From an uncultured Clostridia bacterium (GTDB lineage Bacteria > Bacillota > Clostridia > Oscillospirales > Acutalibacteraceae): a stretch of 64,000 bases of DNA. The stretch lies in assembly GCA_946184925.1 (NCBI GenBank), contig CAMHHL010000001.1, forward strand, positions 4,974-68,973, written 5' to 3'. The notes under the pieces were generated by a model, which was given only the letters and a program-made list of their open reading frames with translations, did not search any database and had not been told where the DNA came from. Shown piece by piece: positions 27,688 through 36,856 of this stretch. How positions within the stretch are numbered: the first letter of the stretch is position 1; each line of letters opens with the position of its first letter. A program made the translations under genes and the position numbers.

Positions 27688-28554
27688 ATGCCATTAGTTA
27701 ACGCTAAAGAAATGCTTACAAAAGCAAAGGCAGGTCACTACGCAGTAGGACAGTTTAACATCAACAACCTTGAGTGGACAAAGTCCATTCTTCTCACCGC
27801 TGAGGAGCTCAAGTCACCTGTAATCCTCGGTGTTTCAGAGGGTGCCGGCAAGTATATGTGCGGCTACAAGACAGTTGTAGGTATGGTTACAGCTATGCTC
27901 GAGGACCTTAACATCACCGTTCCCGTAGCTCTCCACCTCGACCACGGTACATACGAAGGCGCAAAGGCTTGCATCGAGGCAGGCTTCAGCTCCATCATGT
28001 TCGACGGTTCTCACTATCCGATTGACGAGAACGTTGCAAAGACAAAGGAACTCGTAGCTACATGTAACGAGCTCGGTCTCTCAATTGAGGCTGAGGTTGG
28101 TTCAATCGGCGGCGAGGAAGACGGCGTTATCGGCGCAGGCGAATGTGCCGATCCTCAGGAGTGCAAGATGGTCGCTGACCTCGGCGTTACAATGCTCGCG
28201 GCAGGTATCGGCAACATCCACGGCAAATATCCCGAGAACTGGGCAGGTCTCTCCTTCGAGACTCTCGACGCTATCCAGCAGCTCACAGGCGATATGCCCC
28301 TCGTTCTCCACGGCGGCACAGGTATCCCGGCTGATATGATTAAGAAGGCTATCTCCCTCGGCGTTTCCAAGATTAACGTTAACACCGAGTGCCAGCTCGC
28401 TTTCGCGGCAGCAACAAGAGAGTACATCGAGGCAGGCAAGGATCTTCAGGGCAAAGGCTTTGACCCGAGAAAGCTCCTCGCTCCCGGCGCACAGGCAATC
28501 AAGGATACAGTTAAGGAGAAGATGGAGCTCTTCGGCTCTGTCGGCAAGGCTTAA
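27688..28554 (+). CDS. fba: Class II fructose-1,6-bisphosphate aldolase
   Basis: YAVGQFNINNLEW, ALHLDHG, SIMFDGSH, GIGNIHG, LVLHGGTG, KINVNTE. Confidence 0.97.
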   Translation: MPLVNAKEMLTKAKAGHYAVGQFNINNLEWTKSILLTAEELKSPVILGVSEGAGKYMCGYKTVVGMVTAMLEDLNITVPVALHLDHGTYEGAKACIEAGFSSIMFDGSHYPIDENVAKTKELVATCNELGLSIEAEVGSIGGEEDGVIGAGECADPQECKMVADLGVTMLAAGIGNIHGKYPENWAGLSFETLDAIQQLTGDMPLVLHGGTGIPADMIKKAISLGVSKINVNTECQLAFAAATREYIEAGKDLQGKGFDPRKLLAPGAQAIKDTVKEKMELFGSVGKA

Positions 28555-28574
28555 TTTCTTCCGCAATACACACG

Positions 28575-28604
28575 AACCGGCTCGGACTTCCGAGCCGGTT
28601 TTTC
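28575..28604. terminator. Terminator after fba
   Basis: aaccggctcgg / ccgagccggtt + T-run. Confidence 0.75.
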
Positions 28605-28617
28605 TGTATGCAATACT

Positions 28618-29514
28618 TTATATTATTTTCGCGCTGATTACGGTTTTGTTATCGCAGCTGTACTCCCCGTCGGAATCGAGCTCCCAGTTTTCTATTCTGA
28701 CCTTAGCTTCAAATACAAGCGTCTTCGTCGCGGTTTCGCCGTTTTTGAATTTTACCGTCACATCAACCGAGATATCCCTGAGGGCGACGTCTGCCTCGAG
28801 CTGATAGTAGCTGCGCGCCTCAGCCTCGGTTCTGAAGTTTTCACCGTGAGCAGCGTACACCTTCAGTTCATCCGAAACGTTCTCGCTCAGCATATCAATC
28901 CCTGTGGCGAGACAGATGTTAGGTTCCTCTCCGACATTCTTATTAATGTATCCGGGATCGACGGTGTATGAGGAATATGAGTTTCTCCACGCGTCATTGT
29001 CTGCCATAACGCCGTCGAGCTCCTCTGATCTTACAATGCCGCGGATACCTTTCTTATCAATAATCTTAAAAGCACAGTTATGCGCGGTGTAGGTGATTTC
29101 CTCAATGTTTTCTCCGAAGCAGTCAAGCGAGAAATCCATCAGTCGGAATATATAGTTTCTTATCAGGCTGTCATCATCATTATACTCGTAGAACTGTCCG
29201 CCTCCGTTCGTTCTGATTGTGCCTATCGGTTCAAAATCGTTAGTAAGCTCCCGCGTCTCGTCGGACGAAGCCGCCTTAGCGGTGATTGTGAACATATTTC
29301 CGGAGCCTCCGAGTATCTTTCCGCCGAAAAGCATACCTGAGCCGAGCACCGCCACAGCCATAACCGCTGCGGCAGCCTTTATCCACTTGAAACGAACAAC
29401 TCCCTTTCGGGCGGCGTTTTCCGCAGATACGCGAGCCACAATTGCATTTTTCTGCGCCTGTGTCAGCTTTAATTGATCATTTTCTGCTTTATAGGTTTTT
29501 ACGTCAAATTTCAT
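28618..29514 (-). CDS. Putative anti-sigma factor (single TM, extracellular domain)
   Basis: Directly downstream of ECF sigma gene; short cytoplasmic N-terminus, TM AAAAVMAVAVLGSGMLFGG. Confidence 0.6.
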   Translation of the reverse strand: MKFDVKTYKAENDQLKLTQAQKNAIVARVSAENAARKGVVRFKWIKAAAAVMAVAVLGSGMLFGGKILGGSGNMFTITAKAASSDETRELTNDFEPIGTIRTNGGGQFYEYNDDDSLIRNYIFRLMDFSLDCFGENIEEITYTAHNCAFKIIDKKGIRGIVRSEELDGVMADNDAWRNSYSSYTVDPGYINKNVGEEPNICLATGIDMLSENVSDELKVYAAHGENFRTEAEARSYYQLEADVALRDISVDVTVKFKNGETATKTLVFEAKVRIENWELDSDGEYSCDNKTVISAKII

Positions 29515-29517
29515 AGG

Positions 29518-29994
29518 TCATTCTCCTTTTTCCAAAATGCTTCTGAGCTTCTCCCGTCCTCGGGAGAGCCTGAGCTTAACCGCAGACTGAGAGATTCCGA
29601 GCGCGCGCGATATCTCGGAAATCTTCATATCCTCGTAATAAAAGAGATAGATTACTGCTGCGTACTTCGCCGGCAGAGACCTTACCGATTCAATCAACTC
29701 TCCTTCGCTATCCGGGGAGCTTAGATTCTCCGCGTTCTCAAGCGGAACACTGTTTTTCCGTCCCGGTGAACTCACAAGCGATTTTGATACGTTCACCGCC
29801 ACCCTTATCAGCCAAGCCTTGAGGTGCGCTTCGTCGCGGATTTTGTCTCGGTTCTTTATCAGTCGCAGAAACACCTCCTGACACACATCATACGCGTCGT
29901 GTCTGTTGCCGGTGATGTTCACGGCAATACGATAGAGCATATCCGAGTACACGTTCACCGCCTGCTCGATAAATCTATCGGATTCGGTATTCAT
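29518..29994 (-). CDS. ECF sigma-70 factor
   Basis: DAYDVCQEVF, KAWLIRVAVN, LPAKYAAVIYLFYYEDMKISEIS..LGIS.SAVKLRLSRGR. Confidence 0.93.
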   Translation of the reverse strand: MNTESDRFIEQAVNVYSDMLYRIAVNITGNRHDAYDVCQEVFLRLIKNRDKIRDEAHLKAWLIRVAVNVSKSLVSSPGRKNSVPLENAENLSSPDSEGELIESVRSLPAKYAAVIYLFYYEDMKISEISRALGISQSAVKLRLSRGREKLRSILEKGE

Positions 29995-30072
29995 AATCTC
30001 ATCTCCTTTCACCTATAAAACAATTCAGGCAAAGGAAAAGTTACATTTTTCAGAACTTTTTTACTGACTTCT

Positions 30073-30600
30073 CTAATCCACTATCTTCATAAACAGCTCT
30101 GAGGTTGTCCGCCTCAAGGTTTCCGCGTCTATGTTACTGTTGCGGATATGGGCGTGATAGGAGCCCTGAATCATAAAGGTCAGGATTATGTTCATCTCCG
30201 GCGTATTGCGGATTGAATCGCTGTTGGTGAAGATGTAATGCTTGAGCCTGTCCTCGAGCCGGTAGACAAAGCGGTTGTTGCCGGTGCCGTAGAGCGTTTC
30301 AATCTCCTCGCGGTGAAGAATAATCGCGCGGCTGAGGGTTTCGGCGAGGAGCCGGGTTTCCGTTTTGGAATAACGAAGCCGGAGATGCTTGATTTCGTCA
30401 ATAATGCTGTCAATCAGTTTTTCCTCGAGGGTTTCAGCCAAATCGTAGATATCCCTGTAGTGAAGATAGAAGGTCGCCTTGTTAATCATTGCGTGCTCGC
30501 TGAGCTCTCTGACGCTTATTTTTTCGATAGTTTTCTTTTTTCTAAGCTCGAAAAATGCGTTGTCTATGCTTTTTAACGTCTTTTTTACTCTTAAATCCAT
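30073..30600 (-). CDS. TetR/AcrR family regulator
   Basis: DLRVKKT...I..AF..L...ISVRELSEHAMINKATFYLHYRDIYDL. Confidence 0.92.
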   Translation of the reverse strand: MDLRVKKTLKSIDNAFFELRKKKTIEKISVRELSEHAMINKATFYLHYRDIYDLAETLEEKLIDSIIDEIKHLRLRYSKTETRLLAETLSRAIILHREEIETLYGTGNNRFVYRLEDRLKHYIFTNSDSIRNTPEMNIILTFMIQGSYHAHIRNSNIDAETLRRTTSELFMKIVD

Positions 30601-30796
30601 AATTTTCTCCTAAGATAATAGACATTGTTGCTATTATAGTAGCATAAACGACTAAATAAATCAAGTGACTATAGAAATATATATAAAATTATTGTATAAT
30701 TCTCTTATAAATATAGTAAAATGCACTAGGTGGCGGAAACGTCGTTCTTATGCACGCTATTATATTGAAATAACACGCTAGAAATGAGGCTTGGTT

Positions 30797-33169
30797 ATGG
30801 AAATTGATTACAATATGAGGAAACTTTTTAACGAGGAGTATCTCACTCAGGTTGCGTATATGTACAACAATATGCCCAGAGGTCTTCTCGGCCCGCACTT
30901 CACAGAGTACGGACTCAGAATCGCGGTTTATCTGCCGCAGTGCAACTCGGTAGAATTCGTCAACAAGGATACCGGCGAAACTCACCGCGCGTTCCTCGTG
31001 CATGAAAAGGGCATTTTTGCCGCAAACATTCACACCGACAGAGTATTCGACTACTACTATCGCGCATGGGACGAGGACGGCAACTACTATGAGAACGAGG
31101 ACGCAAACGCGTTCCCGATTCAGTTCACCGAGGTTGACGGCTATCTTTTCGGTCAGGGAACTCACTACGACCTGTACGAGAAGCTCGGCGCTCACAAAAA
31201 GACCATCAACGGCGTTGACGGCGTGCTCTTCAACGTATGGGCTCCGAACGCTCAGCGCGTTTCCGTTATCGGCAACTTCAACGACTGGGATCCTGCAATT
31301 CACATGATGAGCAAGGTCAGCGAGGTCGGCGTTCATGAAATCTTCATTCCGCGCATCGGCGAGGATGAAATGTATAAATTCCAGGTTAAGACTGTTGACG
31401 GCTTCTGTGTGGACAAGACCGACCCGTTCGGCTACACCCAGCAGATGCGCCCCGAGACTGCTTCGATCGTCAATGATTTGAGCAGCTATGAGTGGCAGGA
31501 CAACGCATGGATGGAGGACAGAAAGGTCTCCGACTACAACACAAAGCCGATGGCTATCTATGAGGTTCACCTCGGCTCATGGCGCCAGCACGAGGACGGC
31601 TCCTTCCTCAGTTACAGAGAGCTCGCTCCGCTGCTTGCTGACTATGTTGTTGACATGGGCTACACCCACGTTGAGCTCATGGGTATTCTTGAGCATCCGT
31701 TCGACGGAAGCTGGGGCTATCAGGTAACGGGCTACTTTGCTCCGACCTCGCGCTTCGGCAACCCCGAGGACTTCATGTTCTTTATCGACACACTCCACCA
31801 GAGAGGAATCGGCGTATTCCTCGACTGGGTACCGGCTCACTTCCCCAAAGACAGCCACGGTCTCGGTCGCTTTGACGGCACATGCCTGTATGAGCATCCG
31901 GATCCGAGACGCGGCGAGCACCCCGACTGGGGCACCTTCATCTTCAACTATGAGCGCAACGAGGTCAGAAACTTCCTCATCGCGAGCGGACTTTTCTGGC
32001 TCAACAAGTTCCACCTCGACGGTCTCCGCGTTGACGCGGTTGCCTCGATGCTCTATCTCGACTACGGCAAGTCCGACGGCCAGTGGCTGCCGAACATCTA
32101 CGGCGGACGCGAGAACCTCGACGCTGTTGAGTTCTTCAAGCACCTCAACTCCATGGTTGAGCAGTACGCTCCCGGCACTCTCGTTATCGCCGAGGAAAGC
32201 ACAGCGTGGGCAGGCGTCACAAAGAGCGTTCACCAGGACGGTCTCGGCTTCTCGCTCAAGTGGAACATGGGCTGGATGAACGACTTCCTCGAGTACATCT
32301 CCAAGGATCCCGTTTATCGTCAGTATGAGCACGGCAAGCTTACATTCTCCATGATTTATGCTTACACCGAGAAGTTTATCCAGGTACTCTCTCACGATGA
32401 GGTTGTATACGGAAAATGCTCGATGATTAACAAGATGCCCGGCGACGACTGGCAGAAGTTTGCTAACCTCCGCGTTGCCTATGGCTTTATGTATGCTCAC
32501 CCGGGCAAGAAGCTCCTCTTCATGGGACAGGATTTTGCCCAGTATGACGAGTGGAACGCAACAGTCGGACTGCAGTGGTTCCTGATTGACGACAACAAGA
32601 ACAACGCCGACATGCAGAAGTACTTCCGTGCTCTCCAGCATTTCTACAAGGACAACAGCGCGTTCTATGAGCAGGACTTCGACCCCGCAGGCTTTGAGTG
32701 GATGAGCTGCGACGACTATCAGAGCTCAGTTGTCAGCCTCGTTCGCAAGACCAAGAACGGCAAGAAGTCAATCCTCTGCATCTGCAACTTCACTCCTGTT
32801 CCGCGCGAGGACTACCGCGTAGGTGTTCCGAACCTCGGAAACTACAAGGCAGTGTTCAACTCCGATGACGCTGAGTTCGGCGGAACCGGCAACTACACTC
32901 AGACTGACAAGCGCGCTACACGCACACCGTGGAACTACAAGAAACAGAGCATCGTTGTCACCGTTCCTCCGCTTGCAATGATTGCTTTCGAGTATAACCA
33001 CACCATGCCTAAGCCGCAGATTGCTCCCAAGAAAAAGACAGTCAAAAAGGAAGAGCTCGTAAAGCCCGCCGGCAAGAAAATTGCCAAGGCAGCCAAGAAA
33101 AAACCCGCTCCGGCTGACGAGAAGCCTGCCGAAGTCAAAGAGGAAGCAAAGGCTGAGACAGAAGAATAA
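30797..33169 (+). CDS. glgB: 1,4-alpha-glucan branching enzyme
   Basis: VWAPNA, IYEVHLGSW, SWGYQ, LDWVPAHFP, DGLRVDAVASMLY, AEES, LSHDEVV. Confidence 0.97.
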   Translation: MEIDYNMRKLFNEEYLTQVAYMYNNMPRGLLGPHFTEYGLRIAVYLPQCNSVEFVNKDTGETHRAFLVHEKGIFAANIHTDRVFDYYYRAWDEDGNYYENEDANAFPIQFTEVDGYLFGQGTHYDLYEKLGAHKKTINGVDGVLFNVWAPNAQRVSVIGNFNDWDPAIHMMSKVSEVGVHEIFIPRIGEDEMYKFQVKTVDGFCVDKTDPFGYTQQMRPETASIVNDLSSYEWQDNAWMEDRKVSDYNTKPMAIYEVHLGSWRQHEDGSFLSYRELAPLLADYVVDMGYTHVELMGILEHPFDGSWGYQVTGYFAPTSRFGNPEDFMFFIDTLHQRGIGVFLDWVPAHFPKDSHGLGRFDGTCLYEHPDPRRGEHPDWGTFIFNYERNEVRNFLIASGLFWLNKFHLDGLRVDAVASMLYLDYGKSDGQWLPNIYGGRENLDAVEFFKHLNSMVEQYAPGTLVIAEESTAWAGVTKSVHQDGLGFSLKWNMGWMNDFLEYISKDPVYRQYEHGKLTFSMIYAYTEKFIQVLSHDEVVYGKCSMINKMPGDDWQKFANLRVAYGFMYAHPGKKLLFMGQDFAQYDEWNATVGLQWFLIDDNKNNADMQKYFRALQHFYKDNSAFYEQDFDPAGFEWMSCDDYQSSVVSLVRKTKNGKKSILCICNFTPVPREDYRVGVPNLGNYKAVFNSDDAEFGGTGNYTQTDKRATRTPWNYKKQSIVVTVPPLAMIAFEYNHTMPKPQIAPKKKTVKKEELVKPAGKKIAKAAKKKPAPADEKPAEVKEEAKAETEE

Positions 33170-33182
33170 TAAATAACCCACA

Positions 33183-33605
33183 AAACTGCCGCACTCCGCG
33201 GCAGTTTTTTCTTTCTCTACCCTTTTGGCTTGCGTGCTCCTATCCGATGTTTTGTTTGGGCTGTGACAACTGTTCCGAACCGACGTCAAAAGCCTTCCCT
33301 TGGGGGAAGGTGTCGCCGACAACTTGTTGGCGGTGACGGATGAGGGACTACGTTTTTGCAAGAAGTGCTTTTGATAAGGAGTATTCTTTACTCTATATCA
33401 CGGTTTCTGTTAAATGTTGGTTATTGTAACAATAAACTGAGATGTATCGGAAAAGTAGTCCCTCATCCGACCGATTCGCAAGCGAATCGCCCACCTTCCC
33501 CCAAGGGAAGGCTTTCACGTTTCCGCTGCGTTAATTGCTAATTGCTCATTGCTAATTGCTAATTAATTACGCATTACGAATTACGCATTACGAATTATGC
33601 ATTAC
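33183..33605. repeat. Composite repeat C: terminator + adjacent module, inverted pair of REP-like palindromic units, AATTGCT and ATTACGC heptamer arrays
   Basis: 33183-33287 matches rc of 25650-25789 with one deletion; 33291-33355 is the exact rc of 53555-53619. Confidence 0.92.
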
Positions 33606-33619
33606 CCCTGCCCCGATTA

Positions 33620-33648
33620 TTGACTTTTCCGCTGTTTTGCAGTAAAAT
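33620..33648 (+). promoter_or_regulatory. SigA-type promoter of FHA-SEDS/PBP operon
   Basis: TTGACT-17 nt-TAAAAT. Confidence 0.7.
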
Positions 33649-33709
33649 GTAATCTGTATAATTATGTGAGTATAATCGCAGGAATAAATTGCAGAAAGGA
33701 AGGGATAAA

Positions 33710-35386
33710 ATGAGCCTTATCATGGACATAGCGGTAGTCGCGCTGAGGGTTCTGATGCCGCTTTACGCGATTGTGATAGTGTATCAGTGCTACGCGTCGA
33801 TGCGCAGGCGCAGACGTCCCGAGCGTCCGCTCGTACTTCTGCAAAACGCCGAAACAGGCGAAAAAATCCCTGTTCTTTTCTGGGAGAACGCAATCGGCAG
33901 AGCCAGAGGCAGCGACATCTCGGTTGACGATCAGACTGTCTCGCGTAACCACTGCGTTCTTCTCAGGCGCAAGGAAGGCTGGTTCATCACCGACACCGGC
34001 TCCAAATCCGGAACCTATGTCAACGGCGAACCCGTCACCGAGCGCACTCAGGTTATGATTGACGACGTAATCACAATCGGTTCAACCGACTTCATTTTCA
34101 GGCGCGGCGAAGAGTTCCACGAGGAGCTCCGCTCGAGCTGGTTCTTCTCAAAGGTTGTGAACAAGCCGTCGGTTCAGCCATATAAAATAATGATACTCGT
34201 CTCGCTTTTCCACGTTTTCATGGGCGTTGAGGCGACCTTCTGCGACGACGGAAAGGACTTTGACCCGTTGATTCTCGCGGGCGTTATGGTTGCGGTCGAA
34301 TGGGTATTTTTCGCCGTTTCCTACTTCGCGCTCAAGAGGGTGGCGTTCGAGATAGAAAGCTTGTGCCTGTTTTTCACGGGCATAGGCGTCATACTGCTGG
34401 CGCGGCAGGTTCTGCGCTCGGCATACACTCAGCTCATCGCCGCCGTCATCGGAATGATAGTTTTCTGCATTGTCGTCAAGTTCATCGAAAACCCCGACAG
34501 AATCGGAAAATGGCGGCTTATAATCATGATTGCGGCAGTCGGGCTGCTTGCGGTCAACCTCGTCTTCGGAAAGGTTACAAACGGCTCGAACAACTGGATT
34601 CATATCGGCTCAATTACCATTCAACCCTCGGAGTTTGTCAAAATCGCCTACATTTTTGTCGGCGCTTCTACCCTTGACCGGTTGCAAACTAAGCAAAACC
34701 TCATCGAATTTATCATATTCTCCGCTGTATGCGTCGGCGCGCTCGCGCTGATGGGCGACTTCGGAACCGCGCTGATTTTCTTCGCGGCGTTCCTGCTTGT
34801 CTCCTTCACGCGTTCCGGAGACTGGAAAACCCTCATCCTCGCGCTCGCAGGCGCAGGCTTTGCCGGATTTATGGTTCTCAACGTCAAGCCCTATGTCAGA
34901 AAACGCTTTGAGGCGTGGGGGCACGTCTGGGAGCAGGCTCAAGACATGGCGTATCAGCAGGCAAGAACCCTGACCTACATCGCCGCCGGAGGTCTCTTCG
35001 GCGTGGGAATCGGCAACGGCTGTCTCAAATATCTCGCCGCGTCCGAGTCCGACCTCGTGTTCGGTCTTATGGCTGAAGAGATGGGCTTCATCATTGCCGT
35101 GACAATTGCCGTCGCGGTTGCGACCCTCTTCATCTACGCGCGCTCAGTCGCAACACGAAGCCGCAGCACCTTCTACTCGATTTCATCCTGCTGCGCGGCA
35201 GGAATGCTTGTTGTGCAGATGTCGCTGAATGTTTTCGGCGCGACGGACATCCTGCCCCTCACCGGCGTAACCTTCCCTTTCATCAGCGCCGGCGGCTCAA
35301 GTATTATCGCGTGCTGGGGACTTCTCGCCTTTATCAAGGCGGCAGACGAGAGAACCTACTCCAAAAGAATAAAAGAACGCGAATAG
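33710..35386 (+). CDS. FtsW/RodA/SpoVE (SEDS) protein fused to an N-terminal FHA domain
   Basis: FHA: IGR..SD....VSRNH..TYVNG; SEDS: NWI..G.ITIQPSEFVK, DFGTA, SDLVF...EEMG, PLTGVTFPFISAGGSS. Confidence 0.92.
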   Translation: MSLIMDIAVVALRVLMPLYAIVIVYQCYASMRRRRRPERPLVLLQNAETGEKIPVLFWENAIGRARGSDISVDDQTVSRNHCVLLRRKEGWFITDTGSKSGTYVNGEPVTERTQVMIDDVITIGSTDFIFRRGEEFHEELRSSWFFSKVVNKPSVQPYKIMILVSLFHVFMGVEATFCDDGKDFDPLILAGVMVAVEWVFFAVSYFALKRVAFEIESLCLFFTGIGVILLARQVLRSAYTQLIAAVIGMIVFCIVVKFIENPDRIGKWRLIIMIAAVGLLAVNLVFGKVTNGSNNWIHIGSITIQPSEFVKIAYIFVGASTLDRLQTKQNLIEFIIFSAVCVGALALMGDFGTALIFFAAFLLVSFTRSGDWKTLILALAGAGFAGFMVLNVKPYVRKRFEAWGHVWEQAQDMAYQQARTLTYIAAGGLFGVGIGNGCLKYLAASESDLVFGLMAEEMGFIIAVTIAVAVATLFIYARSVATRSRSTFYSISSCCAAGMLVVQMSLNVFGATDILPLTGVTFPFISAGGSSIIACWGLLAFIKAADERTYSKRIKERE

Positions 35387-35428
35387 AACTAACTAATTAT
35401 TAACTAAAAAGTAAAGGCGGTGTCTTGA

Positions 35429-36838
35429 ATGAAACGAATACTTCAGCGCTCATGGCTGATTTTTATCGTTGTAATCGCATTCCTCATCGGGATGGGATAT
35501 CTTGTTGCAGAGACCGTTTTTAACGCGTCAGACTGGGTTGACAAGCCCTACAACGGGCATGCTTCGGGCGCCGGCGGACTGCTGGACGCCGGAGAAATCA
35601 CCGACCGCAACGGCACGGTGCTCGCCAAAACAGTTGACAAGGAACGCGTATATAACGAAGACGAAGCCGTGCGCAGAGCGCTGCTTCACGTTGTGGGCGA
35701 CAATTCGCTCAATATTTCAACAGCTGTTCAGAGCCAGTTCCGCTCTCACCTCACGGGCTACAGCTTCATCTGGGGCATGGATATGCCCAAATCCTTCAGG
35801 GACGGCCGCGACGTAAAGCTGACGGTTGACGCGCCGACCTGCAAAGCAGCCTACAACGCACTCAGCGGCTATGACAGCGGCGCGTGCGTGGTATACAACT
35901 ACAACACCGGCGAAATTCTCTGCCAGGTCAGCGTAAAGAGCTATGACCCGCAGGCTCCGCCGGAAATCACAAAAGAAAACGAAAGCGAGTACGAGGGAGT
36001 TTACCTCGACAACGCGCTCTCCTCAACCTACACCCCCGGCTCCATCTTCAAGATCGTCACCGCCGCCGCGGCAATTGAGAATATCGACGACATCTGGGAG
36101 AGAACATGGGACTGCGAGGGGCGCGAGGAAATCGGCGGAAGTGACGTAACCTGCGTTGGCGTTCACGGTCACGTCAACCTCGAGGAAGCGTTCGGCGATT
36201 CCTGCAACATTGTGTTTGCGGAGCTTGCCGTCGAGCTCGGCGAGGACATCATGAACAAAACCGCAAAGCGGATGGGCATCAACGCTTCGTTCAGCATCAG
36301 CGGCGTTCCGACCGTCAAGGGACACTACAACGTCAAGGACGCCGAGACGAACTATCTCGCGTGGTCCGGCGTCGGACAGTACGACGACAAGGTGAACCCG
36401 ATGCAGATGGCGATTCTCTGCGGAGCAATCGCAAGGGAAGGCAAGCCGATGATTCCGTACCTCTTCAAGGGCGCTTCCGGCTCGATTCTCACCGACATGG
36501 GAATCTCGACAAAAGGCTCCGAGGGCGACGCGCTGATGAGCGAAAGTACAGCGAAAAGCCTCGAACGGCTGATGCGCTATGCGGTTGTCAATGATTACGG
36601 CGACGACATGTTCGGCGGCTTGACAATCTGCGCAAAGACCGGTACCGGCGAAACACTCACCGGCTCCGACACCGACAAGAACGACGGCTGGATGATAGGC
36701 TACTGCACCGATGACGACGTGCCGCTGGCATTTGCGGCTGTTGTGCGCGGAACAGACCAATACGGCTACTCAACCGCGGGACAGGTCGCGAAGGAAGCGA
36801 TGCTTGCGGCGGCTGAAAGCCTCAGAAACAGTAACTAA
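35429..36838 (+). CDS. Short class B penicillin-binding protein (transpeptidase)
   Basis: SxxK (PGSIFK), SCN, KTGT; N-terminal TM. Confidence 0.9.
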   Translation: MKRILQRSWLIFIVVIAFLIGMGYLVAETVFNASDWVDKPYNGHASGAGGLLDAGEITDRNGTVLAKTVDKERVYNEDEAVRRALLHVVGDNSLNISTAVQSQFRSHLTGYSFIWGMDMPKSFRDGRDVKLTVDAPTCKAAYNALSGYDSGACVVYNYNTGEILCQVSVKSYDPQAPPEITKENESEYEGVYLDNALSSTYTPGSIFKIVTAAAAIENIDDIWERTWDCEGREEIGGSDVTCVGVHGHVNLEEAFGDSCNIVFAELAVELGEDIMNKTAKRMGINASFSISGVPTVKGHYNVKDAETNYLAWSGVGQYDDKVNPMQMAILCGAIAREGKPMIPYLFKGASGSILTDMGISTKGSEGDALMSESTAKSLERLMRYAVVNDYGDDMFGGLTICAKTGTGETLTGSDTDKNDGWMIGYCTDDDVPLAFAAVVRGTDQYGYSTAGQVAKEAMLAAAESLRNSN

Positions 36839-36856
36839 TGAAAGGATAAGATATAA

